A program made the position numbers and the translations under genes. The notes beneath the pieces are model-generated. The model was not told the DNA's origin, did not search any database, and saw only the letters and a list, made by a program, of their open reading frames with translations. A stretch of DNA of 64,000 bases from a virus (lineage: Duplodnaviria > Caudoviricetes): positions 17,514 to 81,513 of the IMG/VR virus record IMGVR_UViG_3300026549_000067; one strand, given 5' to 3'. Below are positions 9,414 to 17,973 of this stretch, piece by piece. Within the stretch, counting starts at the first letter, position 1. Every line of letters starts with the position of its first letter.

Positions 9414-9719
9414 CTAGTTCTCGTCCGAAGTGTCACTGTTCGTGCTCGTATCCTTGCCATTATTTATATCTCCTGTATTACCAATATAATTCGCAATACC
9501 ATCCTTGCCATCAACTTCGATGGTTTTGGTGGTTGTTGCAGAACTTGAATAATCATATTGCATCCACGCATAAATCCATGCGGCGTTATTAACTACAATT
9601 GCAATAATCAAAACAATAATTGCAATGATAAACCTTTTCGTTGTGCGCTCAAGTCTCGCACCCATGCTATCCATCACATAACGAATCTGATCGTTATTGT
9701 TTGTATTATTTTCCGACAT
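9414..9719 (-). CDS. single-pass membrane protein
   Basis: FIIAIIVLIIAIVVNNAAWIYAW transmembrane segment. Confidence 0.7.
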   Translation of the reverse strand: MSENNTNNNDQIRYVMDSMGARLERTTKRFIIAIIVLIIAIVVNNAAWIYAWMQYDYSSSATTTKTIEVDGKDGIANYIGNTGDINNGKDTSTNSDTSDEN

Positions 9720-9850
9720 ATAAAATCCTCGCTTTTGTTTTATTATACAATTAATTGTTGAAAGTTAGCAAACCATTTGACTCACCTCATTCCAAGCAAC
9801 TGGCTCCCGACTGAAGCCGAGAGCCATCAGTTACTGCATTAAATTCCTCT

Positions 9851-9958
9851 TTAAGTTAGTTGTTCCGCGATAAATCGCAGTTCGATTTCTTCGAGTAATC
9901 GCGTGATTAACTCGCGGATTTCTGTGATAGTCAGGCGTGAGATTTGTTCGTCACTCAT
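9851..9958 (-). CDS. 35-aa helical peptide
   Basis: Manual translation MSDEQISRLTITEIRELITRLLEEIELRFIAEQLT; overlaps the XkdX stop; followed by a hairpin at ~9799-9831. Confidence 0.4.
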   Translation of the reverse strand: MSDEQISRLTITEIRELITRLLEEIELRFIAEQLT

Positions 9959-10088
9959 AGATTTCGCCTGTGATTTCTTCAAACTGTTCCGGCGTGATTC
10001 GGCCCTTCCTGACGAAGTTTTTCATCATTTCCAGATTCCAGTTGTCAGGATAGTTCTTCTTAGCCATTTCGTAATAATTAACAGCCAT
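9951..10088 (-). CDS. XkdX-family protein (45 aa)
   Basis: Not in track. MAVNYYEMAKKNYPDNWNLEMMKNFVRKGRITPEQFEEITGEIYE has the W..EM...V.KG.IT.EQ..EITG signature. Confidence 0.85.
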   Translation of the reverse strand: MAVNYYEMAKKNYPDNWNLEMMKNFVRKGRITPEQFEEITGEIYE

Positions 10089-10240
10089 TACTCTTCCTCG
10101 CTTTCTTCTTCAAAAATCTCAGGGTAATCCATTGCGCCGATATACTCAACGATTCCCCTTAATTTCTGATTTTCGCTTCTCATCTTTTCGATTTCTGCCT
10201 CGCGCTGCTCGATTCGCTCTTTTCGATTTACAATAAGCAT
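10088..10240 (-). CDS. small coiled-coil protein (XkdW-like position), overlapping RT 3' end
   Basis: MLIVNRKERIEQREAEIEKMRSENQKLRGIVEYIGAMD. Confidence 0.55.
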   Translation of the reverse strand: MLIVNRKERIEQREAEIEKMRSENQKLRGIVEYIGAMDYPEIFEEESEEE

Positions 10241-11339
10241 TTTTCTTTCTCCGTTTGCTTTGTGGTGGAGCAATGCCAAATAAACCCTCATAAAACCTAT
10301 CGAGAGATTTTACTCTTATCTTCTCATCGCACCGCGCCAGACCTGCCCTGACAGATTGATAATGCCTAGAAATATCATCCATCGATATTTCGTTATTATC
10401 TAGTTTCTTTTTCATTTTTCGCAGTGTTCTGCGTTCTTTACGAAACTTTTCTGGCGAAGCCTTTACAATAACCTTTCCAGAATCCGTCAGTATTATCCTT
10501 CGTTTCAAGAATTTAATTCCTTGAGACAGCTTTGTGTTTTGCTGTTTGCGCGTAATCTCAAGACCGTATTTTTTATATTCCGCAATGATGAATTCTCTCA
10601 CTTCGCGCAATCGATCAGGATCATCCGAAATTAAAATCATGTCATCATTAAACCTGATATAATACTCAATCTTGAATTTTTCTTTGATCGCGTGGTCTAT
10701 GTGGTTTGGCATTGCCAGTTGTAAGAGTTGCGATATCTCAGAACCGAGAGCCGTCCCTCTTTCGCCAAAAGGATCAGCGGATATCTCATCTGGTTCTCTG
10801 GTGTCCTTGAAAGAATCAATGATATTGTAAATGTGCGCCCTCAACCGCGCATCCTTTACATATTCATCCACCGTCCGCTTAGTTTTGGAATGTGGAGTAT
10901 TCGGAAAGTAACCCTTAATGTCTAAGTGGTCATACCTTCCTTCGTTGCTTTTGTGTCTGCGATAATACCTTTGCAGAAAGCATATCGTTCTGTCCACGGC
11001 AAAGTCCACGCCTTTATTTTTCTGACATGCACCATTGTCGTATATTAATGATCCGAGTAATTGTTCTCGTACTCCGTTATTGCACATACTTTTCTGCCAT
11101 ACCCTATCGCGCATTCTTGTGGCACATATCTCTCTTCGTTTCGGTTCGGTAATAACGAAGTGCATATACTTGCTGATTTTGTATGTGCCGTGTAAAATTT
11201 CATTTCTTAAACGGTTGTTCTTGCATAAGCTGTCGATCAAATATCCTGATACGGACGATTTGTATGTCAGCCCTTTAGAACATTGGACAGCTGCCTTTTC
11301 TAGTTCGGACAACTGTATAGCTGATTCGTAATCTGTCAT
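10146..11339 (-). CDS. DGR reverse transcriptase
   Basis: EPKRREI, RDRVWQ, GACQKNKG, LDIKGYF, GTALGSEISQ (DGR SQ motif), YYIRFNDD; adjacent TR and avd. Confidence 0.95.
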   Translation of the reverse strand: MTDYESAIQLSELEKAAVQCSKGLTYKSSVSGYLIDSLCKNNRLRNEILHGTYKISKYMHFVITEPKRREICATRMRDRVWQKSMCNNGVREQLLGSLIYDNGACQKNKGVDFAVDRTICFLQRYYRRHKSNEGRYDHLDIKGYFPNTPHSKTKRTVDEYVKDARLRAHIYNIIDSFKDTREPDEISADPFGERGTALGSEISQLLQLAMPNHIDHAIKEKFKIEYYIRFNDDMILISDDPDRLREVREFIIAEYKKYGLEITRKQQNTKLSQGIKFLKRRIILTDSGKVIVKASPEKFRKERRTLRKMKKKLDNNEISMDDISRHYQSVRAGLARCDEKIRVKSLDRFYEGLFGIAPPQSKRRKKNAYCKSKRANRAARGRNRKDEKRKSEIKGNR

Positions 11340-11491
11340 AATGTCTCCTGTAGCTTGTAGGAATACCTACTTCTAAAAGTAGATTCCGTCAAACAGGCTT
11401 TCTGTTTTGGCTTATAAGCCGGGACAATAGCTCCCTATAAGTGAAGCGCACTGCTTTCGAACCTGTCTACTTGAACTCGCATCCTCACAGT

Positions 11492-11613
11492 CATCGACCG
11501 CCCCATAGGTGTTATTCGCGTTGTTGTTGTTGAGGGTGCCAGAAGAGGTACAATTGCGCACGTTGTTGCAATTCGAGGGATTAGGCGAACGCAAGAACCA
11601 ATTCCGAGCGGTA
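11492..11613 (-). ncRNA. DGR template repeat (TR)
   Basis: 122-bp match to 12099-12220 with 18 mismatches, all at sense-strand A; 12 AAY codons. Confidence 0.97.
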
Positions 11614-11630
11614 ATAGCTATTGACCCACG

Positions 11631-12041
11631 CTAGATACCTTCGTATCTCTTCTCGTCTGACCTTATCCATCCAGATAGCCATGATTGGATTTCTCCCTTC
11701 CTTGTAAGCCATCCAGATAGTATATTCACTTTCATTTCATAAATGCGTGCATTAAACGCCATCTTCTCGCCAAGTGTTGCTATCAAAGAATATGCGCTGA
11801 CCTGTGCCGCGTGTCTCATTTTCTTTTCTTCTGCATTGGTGACTTTAATGCTGTTTGCTCTATGCACTTCTGTATGAAATCGTTGTGTGATTTTTACAAT
11901 TTCCTCTGCCCCTAGCCATCGCACCGATTTCGGACATATATTCTCGTCTTTCAGCAACCTGATTGTATATACGCAGAAATCGTCTGCATTCTTGAGAAAT
12001 TTTTCGTGACTAGGCTCATGCTTTTCATATTTTGAATTCAT
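11631..12041 (-). CDS. avd: DGR accessory variability determinant (Avd-like four-helix protein)
   Basis: 136-aa basic helical ORF between the target gene and TR. Confidence 0.8.
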   Translation of the reverse strand: MNSKYEKHEPSHEKFLKNADDFCVYTIRLLKDENICPKSVRWLGAEEIVKITQRFHTEVHRANSIKVTNAEEKKMRHAAQVSAYSLIATLGEKMAFNARIYEMKVNILSGWLTRKGEIQSWLSGWIRSDEKRYEGI

Positions 12042-12052
12042 TTGTTTCTATG

Positions 12053-12070
12053 TCCGCGCCTTCGCGCGGA
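12053..12070. promoter_or_regulatory. DGR target-recognition hairpin downstream of VR
   Basis: TCCGCGC-GAAG-GCGCGGA (sense), a 7-bp all-paired stem 11 nt after the target stop codon. Confidence 0.85.
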
Positions 12071-12081
12071 ATGAGCGAATA

Positions 12082-13605
12082 TTAGACAATATTATAGGCA
12101 TCGACCGCCCCATAGGCGTCACCCGCGTGGAAGTAGCCGAGGGTGCCAGAAGAGGTACAAGAGCGCACGTAGCTGCAACACGAGGGATAAGGCGAACGCA
12201 AGAACCAATGCCGAGCGGTACCGTTCTGATATTTAATTCTCTCTGCCGCGGTCGTGCGTCTCTGCCAGTATGGATACGGTACAGTTTTTACATTGCCATC
12301 GTGATCCACGGCATTCTCGTATACGCCATCATTTGTCGTGCTGAGATTTGCTTCAAGCATCGAGAGTGCAAAGAACTTCTCATCGGTATCTACATATTTT
12401 ATAGCCTGATCCGATCTATCAGCAGGAGCGATAAATGTACGCTTGCGAACTTCTCCAATAACATCAAGCATCTGTGGATCAAAGCCATACAGATTGCCTG
12501 GAGCGTTGTATGTACCCGGAAGATCAAATTTGCCTAGCGCACCTGATTGCCAAAGTTGAATATCCTTTGCGTCTGTTCCTTTCTTAGCATCAGAATTCAT
12601 CCACTGACGCTCATCTGATTTTGTCCATTCATTCGATCCGTATGCGTTGCGCCGCGTAAAGTTGAGGTATTCAGCAGAGCGGTATGACGGCGTTTCAGCG
12701 GTTACTGTTCCGATCAGCGTTCCAGAGGATGTCTCCACAGTTGCCAGTCCTGTTTCAATCGCCGCCCGACCGTTTTCGACAGTATCGTATGTCGCGAACG
12801 TACCTGCAAGTACGCGCTCTTTAGTATATGCTGATGCAGAACTCATCCATACTCCAAGCGCTGTATGTCTCACAAGACCGCCCGCGGGTACGTTTTTGGT
12901 TGGCGTAAATCCATATGACCCATCTTCTTTTGTTGTGTTGTTATAACAGCAGTGATCTCCGATAATATAGTAGGTTGTTCCTGCGGCAAGGCCATTAGGG
13001 AAGGCTGTTGGGTCAACATAGATCAAACCCTGCGGTTTCTTATACGCGAGTCCGTTATATGCTTTGCAATCATGAGAACACAGCGTGATTGTGTGCATGA
13101 AATTCGGATCAGACGGAATGTCGTGATCGATACCAAGTACGTCGTATCTCACAGCTTCTGCTGTCTCATCCACAGTGATAGCATCATCCTTTACCGCGGT
13201 TCCGCCGGCAGTAATGCCATATGCGGAAAGCAGTACGGTCTCATCTCCCAGAAGCCACGCAGAACCATCATAAATAAACTCATATTCTTTTGTTTCTGCT
13301 GTTCCAACCTTATTAACAAACGCCACTTCATCAATCGTTGCACCTGTAATACCTGTCCCGTGAACGACTATGGTCATTTCGGTTTCTTTGTTGATGATAA
13401 TATATGAATAATCATCAAGGACTTTTGATGCAAGACCCATTCTATTGATTGTCTGGAGCGTTTTCGGATTTCTAAAATACAATCCACTGCCGTCAGCCGT
13501 TTCGCTAAAACCGTCAGCAATGGCGGCAAGCATGAGAGTGACGTTGTCGAGTTTCTCCTCAAAAGTCGCATTCTCGACTGTCGGAATGTTATATGTGTTT
13601 GACAT
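12082..13605 (-). CDS. DGR target protein (C-terminal CLec-like/DUF6273-type domain), probable adhesin/tail fibre
   Basis: C-terminal HWFLRSP...VR.C.SSG VR; YGSNEWTKSDERQWMN motif. Confidence 0.9.
   Translation of the reverse strand: MSNTYNIPTVENATFEEKLDNVTLMLAAIADGFSETADGSGLYFRNPKTLQTINRMGLASKVLDDYSYIIINKETEMTIVVHGTGITGATIDEVAFVNKVGTAETKEYEFIYDGSAWLLGDETVLLSAYGITAGGTAVKDDAITVDETAEAVRYDVLGIDHDIPSDPNFMHTITLCSHDCKAYNGLAYKKPQGLIYVDPTAFPNGLAAGTTYYIIGDHCCYNNTTKEDGSYGFTPTKNVPAGGLVRHTALGVWMSSASAYTKERVLAGTFATYDTVENGRAAIETGLATVETSSGTLIGTVTAETPSYRSAEYLNFTRRNAYGSNEWTKSDERQWMNSDAKKGTDAKDIQLWQSGALGKFDLPGTYNAPGNLYGFDPQMLDVIGEVRKRTFIAPADRSDQAIKYVDTDEKFFALSMLEANLSTTNDGVYENAVDHDGNVKTVPYPYWQRRTTAAERIKYQNGTARHWFLRSPYPSCCSYVRSCTSSGTLGYFHAGDAYGAVDAYNIV
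12099..12220 (-). repeat. DGR variable repeat (VR)
   Basis: Aligned by hand to the TR; all 12 AAY codons are changed, plus one ACC>GCC. Confidence 0.97.
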
Positions 13606-13617
13606 TTGCTACTCCTT

Positions 13618-14421
13618 TCATACCGTTTCCGGCAGTGTTACTATGATTTTTTTGTTCACGCTATCATAAGGCATACTCAACTCACTTAAATCTTCCTTTA
13701 ACTGCGTTATCTCACCGTTGATTGCATTGTCTGCATTGGTACGTGCAGTTGTTTCTGCTGTCAGTGCCGCTACAGTTGCTCTGGATGTATCTGACGGATG
13801 CACATGGTCTGCTCTGGCGTACTTTTTGCTTGTTCCGACTGCCGCAGTACCATCCATAAGCGGAGCAGTATCTGATGCAATTCGCTCAGTCGCTCCAATA
13901 AGTGTAAAGCGTCCACCATTAATCGAATTATATACAAAAAGATATGTGCCTTTTGTAAGCCAAGATGTATCAGTTGATGCTTCGTGGTTACTGTATATTG
14001 ATTTGGCCCCAGTCCCATTTACGTTGAAACGTGCATCGGTAACGGCGTTTGTCTGTGAAACTGTAATTGCAATTAATGCTCCATCAACAGCTTCAAAGTC
14101 TGCACAAGTAACAACCTTGTCTCTGGTTGAACCACCTGTTGATGACGTACCGAAAAGGATACTGCTTTTTTCTGCAAGTTCATTAATTGCATCTACAATA
14201 GATGTTTTATCGGTTGTCTCCAGATTACTAAGCGAACCGACAACAGCGTCAAGATCTTCAACGAGTGCAAGACGCTTTGCAGAGCCGTTCTGGAAACAGA
14301 TATACACAGACGTTCCATTGGTATTATTTGGATCACCACTCTGGACTATGGCAAACTCACCTGCAACCATCTTCGTAGCGTCAAAGTCGGTGTGTATGCC
14401 ACGCCTATTTTGTATAGCCAT
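13618..14421 (-). CDS. tail-fibre-like protein
   Basis: MAIQNRRG start, FNVNGTGAK domain, PLMDGTAAVGTSKKYARADHVHP repeat typical of fibre shafts. Confidence 0.7.
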   Translation of the reverse strand: MAIQNRRGIHTDFDATKMVAGEFAIVQSGDPNNTNGTSVYICFQNGSAKRLALVEDLDAVVGSLSNLETTDKTSIVDAINELAEKSSILFGTSSTGGSTRDKVVTCADFEAVDGALIAITVSQTNAVTDARFNVNGTGAKSIYSNHEASTDTSWLTKGTYLFVYNSINGGRFTLIGATERIASDTAPLMDGTAAVGTSKKYARADHVHPSDTSRATVAALTAETTARTNADNAINGEITQLKEDLSELSMPYDSVNKKIIVTLPETV

Positions 14422-14454
14422 AATAATTGTTCTCCTTATGTGTTAATCAAATAG

Positions 14455-15969
14455 TTACTTCGTATATTCTTTGGCGGCATTCAGTGTAGAGAGATTGAAG
14501 CATCCGTCCTGTTTTAGACCGACCTTCTTTTTAAATTTGTTTACTGCCGCTGTTGTTGCTTTGCCGTATTGACCATCAACTGCGAGTTTTGCATTGACCG
14601 CCCAATTCATGAGCATCTGTACTCGCTTAATCTGTGTCGGATAGTTTTTCAGAGTAATAATGCCATCACCGTTCTGGTAATAACCCCTTGGAGGCAGTGC
14701 AGGATACGTGCCAGCGTAATGCTTTTTGGATTTGGTTTTCTTGGAAGAACTCTTTGTTGTGGAAGTGGTTGTTTCCGTCTTTGGAGTCTCTGATCCATAT
14801 TTTGGAATAGCATAACCTCTGATGTTGCCATTCCCGACAGCAATTGTTCTGCGTCCGACAACACCGTTCATGTTACCCTCGATTACAGTGATCTTATTGC
14901 CACTAACTGACTCGACAATGCCTATGTGGTCTGCCCATCCGTCATTAGGCTGAGTCGAATCATCCCAGTTGTAGCAGATGATGTATCCCTTTTTCGGAGT
15001 GATTGTTCCATCTTCATTCCAGATACCATTCTTTTTGAAAACATCCTCAATGAATCGTTCAACGCTACACTCTGTACCACCAATCAAATTCACTGCATTT
15101 GCCTTGATGAAAGCGGCAGATACTGTTGTAGCACAATACTCGTCTGTATACGTGACCTTGTATCCTCTCGCCAAAGGTGTATATGCATTGTATGTGTCGA
15201 TGATCGGCTTGTGCGTTCCTTTTGCCTTGCTCAGACCGATCCAAGACTTCATGATTGCAATGATGTCATCCGCAGTAACGCCTGACACTTTTTCAACATT
15301 AATATTCTTCGTTTCTGACACCTTTTCGACTTTTGTTGGCATATGATACAGAATGCTTGCGTCACCTCTGCCATCGTTTCCTGTTGCTGGCATTTCAACA
15401 GATGATGTATATTGCCATGCGCAAATATTCTCTGGGAGTTGTGGTTTGTAATTGGCATTTGGTTCCTGATACAACTGCATAGCTGTGTATCCAAGATAAT
15501 ACCTAGCAATCCACCAGTTCCGACATTTGACCCCGTATCCGTGGATGTGTTCTTTGTAATACGACATTCCTGTGTATACTCCGAAGATATATCCTCTGGA
15601 CTCAACCACTTCCTGCGCGGCATTGATGATCGATGCAATGGTTGATCCTGACAAAACAGCTTGCACTTTATCTTCGATGTCAAACCACACGCCATACTTG
15701 AAATACGTCCTGTCGAGTTTATCCAACATATCGCAAACAAAATTCATGTCGGACTTGGCTTTAGAAACTGTAGTCGCATAGCTATAATTGTAAACACCCC
15801 ACGGCATTTTCAGCGCGTGGAGTGCTTCATAATTGTTATTGAATTGTTTGTCCTTGTTCAGATCCTTTCGGATAATCTTTGCAATGCCGCCTGTAACACC
15901 TTTCTTTTTCAGAGATGCCCAATCTACAACACCGTTATAACTCGATACGTCAATGATAATATCTGCCAT
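14455..15969 (-). CDS. endolysin: GH25 muramidase + CHAP + peptidoglycan-binding domain
   Basis: IDVSSYNG...WFDIED (GH25); YCATTVS...DHIGIVE..IEGN (CHAP); LAVDGQYGKATTAAVNKF (PG-binding). Confidence 0.92.
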   Translation of the reverse strand: MADIIIDVSSYNGVVDWASLKKKGVTGGIAKIIRKDLNKDKQFNNNYEALHALKMPWGVYNYSYATTVSKAKSDMNFVCDMLDKLDRTYFKYGVWFDIEDKVQAVLSGSTIASIINAAQEVVESRGYIFGVYTGMSYYKEHIHGYGVKCRNWWIARYYLGYTAMQLYQEPNANYKPQLPENICAWQYTSSVEMPATGNDGRGDASILYHMPTKVEKVSETKNINVEKVSGVTADDIIAIMKSWIGLSKAKGTHKPIIDTYNAYTPLARGYKVTYTDEYCATTVSAAFIKANAVNLIGGTECSVERFIEDVFKKNGIWNEDGTITPKKGYIICYNWDDSTQPNDGWADHIGIVESVSGNKITVIEGNMNGVVGRRTIAVGNGNIRGYAIPKYGSETPKTETTTSTTKSSSKKTKSKKHYAGTYPALPPRGYYQNGDGIITLKNYPTQIKRVQMLMNWAVNAKLAVDGQYGKATTAAVNKFKKKVGLKQDGCFNLSTLNAAKEYTK

Positions 15970-15973
15970 AGGC

Positions 15974-16246
15974 TCAACTCTCCTTCGATGCCTGTTTCAT
16001 GATCTGGTCAATGCCTGTTGCGGCAAATCCTGATACAATTCCGATTGCAATAGCCATCAAATAGTTGTCAGCAGGAACAACATTCGGAGCAGTGAAGTAT
16101 GCAACAACACCAAGGATTGCACCACAAACACCCATGATAACAGGAATCTTTCTGTCATCAAACTTGTCCCATGCTTTTAAAATCTCACCAATGAGATAGC
16201 AGATAATTGTAATTGCCGCTACACTTACGATACCTAATGCATCCAT
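15974..16246 (-). CDS. holin
   Basis: 90 aa, three TM segments, IPVIMGVCGAILG and AIGIVSGFAATG motifs; directly upstream of the endolysin. Confidence 0.88.
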   Translation of the reverse strand: MDALGIVSVAAITIICYLIGEILKAWDKFDDRKIPVIMGVCGAILGVVAYFTAPNVVPADNYLMAIAIGIVSGFAATGIDQIMKQASKES

Positions 16247-16264
16247 GATTTGTCCTCTCTTTCT

Positions 16265-16852
16265 TTAAGTGAAATCGTCTTCTTTTAAAACCTTTTCGTA
16301 ACATTCAAGAGTATATTTGATTGCCGCATCTGCCTTAGAGTTGGGATAGTCATCATTGGCTCTGCAAAAAGCAAGGTAAGTATCTATTTCAGACAACACT
16401 TGTTCAAAATACTCTTTGCTGTGTCTCATGTGCTGACGAAGTTCATCTGCGAATCTGAGTATTCGATTTCTCATCGCGTCAGCTTCTTTGATTTCTTCTC
16501 TTTCTTTGAGATCGTCAAGTTCTTTGTGTACACCATCTAGTTTTCCTTCCAGTTCTTCGTGTACACCATCTAACTTTTTCTCAAACTCATCCTGACGTTC
16601 ATCGAATTTCTTTTCCAATTCATCTTGACGCTTAATAACTTCGCTGTTTATTGCTCTTCCAAACCACTTTGCAAGCCATGTCCAAGGAGTGATTTTGATC
16701 GGAGCAATCTGCACAGCCGACAAAAAAAGGACGATAGCCAGTGCTATGTCCCCTGATGATACCGCTTTAAAAATTGCAATTAAGTCCATTGGCTTATTCT
16801 CCGTTCTGCCAATCCGTAAACTGCCCACCATCGATGTTTGCAACTTTCTCAT
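16265..16852 (-). CDS. membrane-anchored coiled-coil lysis-cassette protein
   Basis: TM segment, PWTWLAKWFG, RNRILRFADE; internal 11-aa tandem duplications. Confidence 0.65.
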   Translation of the reverse strand: MRKLQTSMVGSLRIGRTENKPMDLIAIFKAVSSGDIALAIVLFLSAVQIAPIKITPWTWLAKWFGRAINSEVIKRQDELEKKFDERQDEFEKKLDGVHEELEGKLDGVHKELDDLKEREEIKEADAMRNRILRFADELRQHMRHSKEYFEQVLSEIDTYLAFCRANDDYPNSKADAAIKYTLECYEKVLKEDDFT

Positions 16853-17286
16853 CTATGTATTCTCTGATTTCTGCGAAACTTGTTTCAATTTCATCAAGTT
16901 TGTCAAGAATCTGCTGGTAGACAGAAGGACTTGGCGGTGCGGCTGATTCCGCATTTTCATCGTATCCGCTTTGCTCAACAAACACTTTTTGCCCTGTTTG
17001 TGGTTATTAATGCACCTGCGAATACGCTTACATATATGTACCCACCGCCTTGCAGATTCAATGATTCCCACGGAACAAGACATTTGTTCTCATCGTCCAA
17101 AATATATTCATGTGTTTTGTCGGATTTATCGGATCTGAATTGTGCTGTTATTGTTTTTCCAGACCATTCTTCTGTCAGAAACGTGAATTGTGCGTATAAG
17201 TAATCAATGGATTCCGCAACAACTCTGAACTCATCAGTTCTTGTTATTGATTGATTACTCACGCTAAATTGTAATTGTGCGCTCAA
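16794..17286 (-). pseudogene. BppU-like baseplate protein split by +1 frameshift
   Basis: ORFs 16975-17286 and 16794-16985 join as TTNRAK|VFVEQSGY if one A is removed from the A5 tract at 16986-16990. Confidence 0.65.
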
Positions 17287-17310
17287 TGATTCGCTCCTTT
17301 CTTAATATAT

Positions 17311-17670
17311 TTATGAGTCTCCTGCTGTTGTAAATGTTATAGAAGCGCAAAGCTGTTTGTTGCTGGTTTCGTATGCCCATACAGTTAGTGTACCATTAAC
17401 ATTCAATCGAAATGGAATAAGTGCCTTCGATTGATCGTTGGTATTGTTATCGTACCCAACAAAATCGACTCGTTTCCATGGACGAAATCCATCTGGCAAA
17501 GTACAAATCGTTGTCCACAACCTATTGTTGATTGTTGTGGACAGACCTGTTATTGTTATTGTAACAGAATACAAACTTTTCGTTGCAAATATAACACCGT
17601 ATTCATTAGATAGATCAATTGTTTGTGGTGGTTGGATTATTTTTAATAGTGTTTTCTTTAAACTAAGCAT
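17311..17670 (-). CDS. small beta-rich tail-associated protein
   Basis: ICTLPDGFRP...LNVNGTL, typical of phage fibre C-terminal domains. Confidence 0.6.
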   Translation of the reverse strand: MLSLKKTLLKIIQPPQTIDLSNEYGVIFATKSLYSVTITITGLSTTINNRLWTTICTLPDGFRPWKRVDFVGYDNNTNDQSKALIPFRLNVNGTLTVWAYETSNKQLCASITFTTAGDS

Positions 17671-17706
17671 TTGTTGTCACCTCAAATCAACCATATAAGT
17701 GTATTA

Positions 17707-17973
17707 TCAACTTTTCTGTGCGACATCAAATCTTGCGAGATATTTTTGGTCTGGCGTATATTTATATTTGACCAATACGCCTATCATTCCAATGCCAACG
17801 GCTTCGATTTCTTCATCGCCCTTCTGAATCGAATATTCCAAGAAACCGCCATCCTCGAAATCTTCCCAAAAGGCTTGCATATCTTCGAAAGTTGAAAAAC
17901 GAATATAAATATGTTCCTTGTTTGAGTTCTGCTCTATTTCGATTTCTTTGTCTTTGTATTTAAGTATTGCCAT
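17707..17973 (-). CDS. hypothetical tail-module protein
   Basis: MAILKY start with gagggag RBS. Confidence 0.55.
   Translation of the reverse strand: MAILKYKDKEIEIEQNSNKEHIYIRFSTFEDMQAFWEDFEDGGFLEYSIQKGDEEIEAVGIGMIGVLVKYKYTPDQKYLARFDVAQKS

Noticed and set aside
11412-11594. 60-aa Asn-rich ORF
   Set aside because: It is the reading-frame shadow of the DGR TR.
16520-16635. Tandem 33-bp duplications in lysis-cassette gene
   Set aside because: In-frame coiled-coil expansion; no sign of a separate system.
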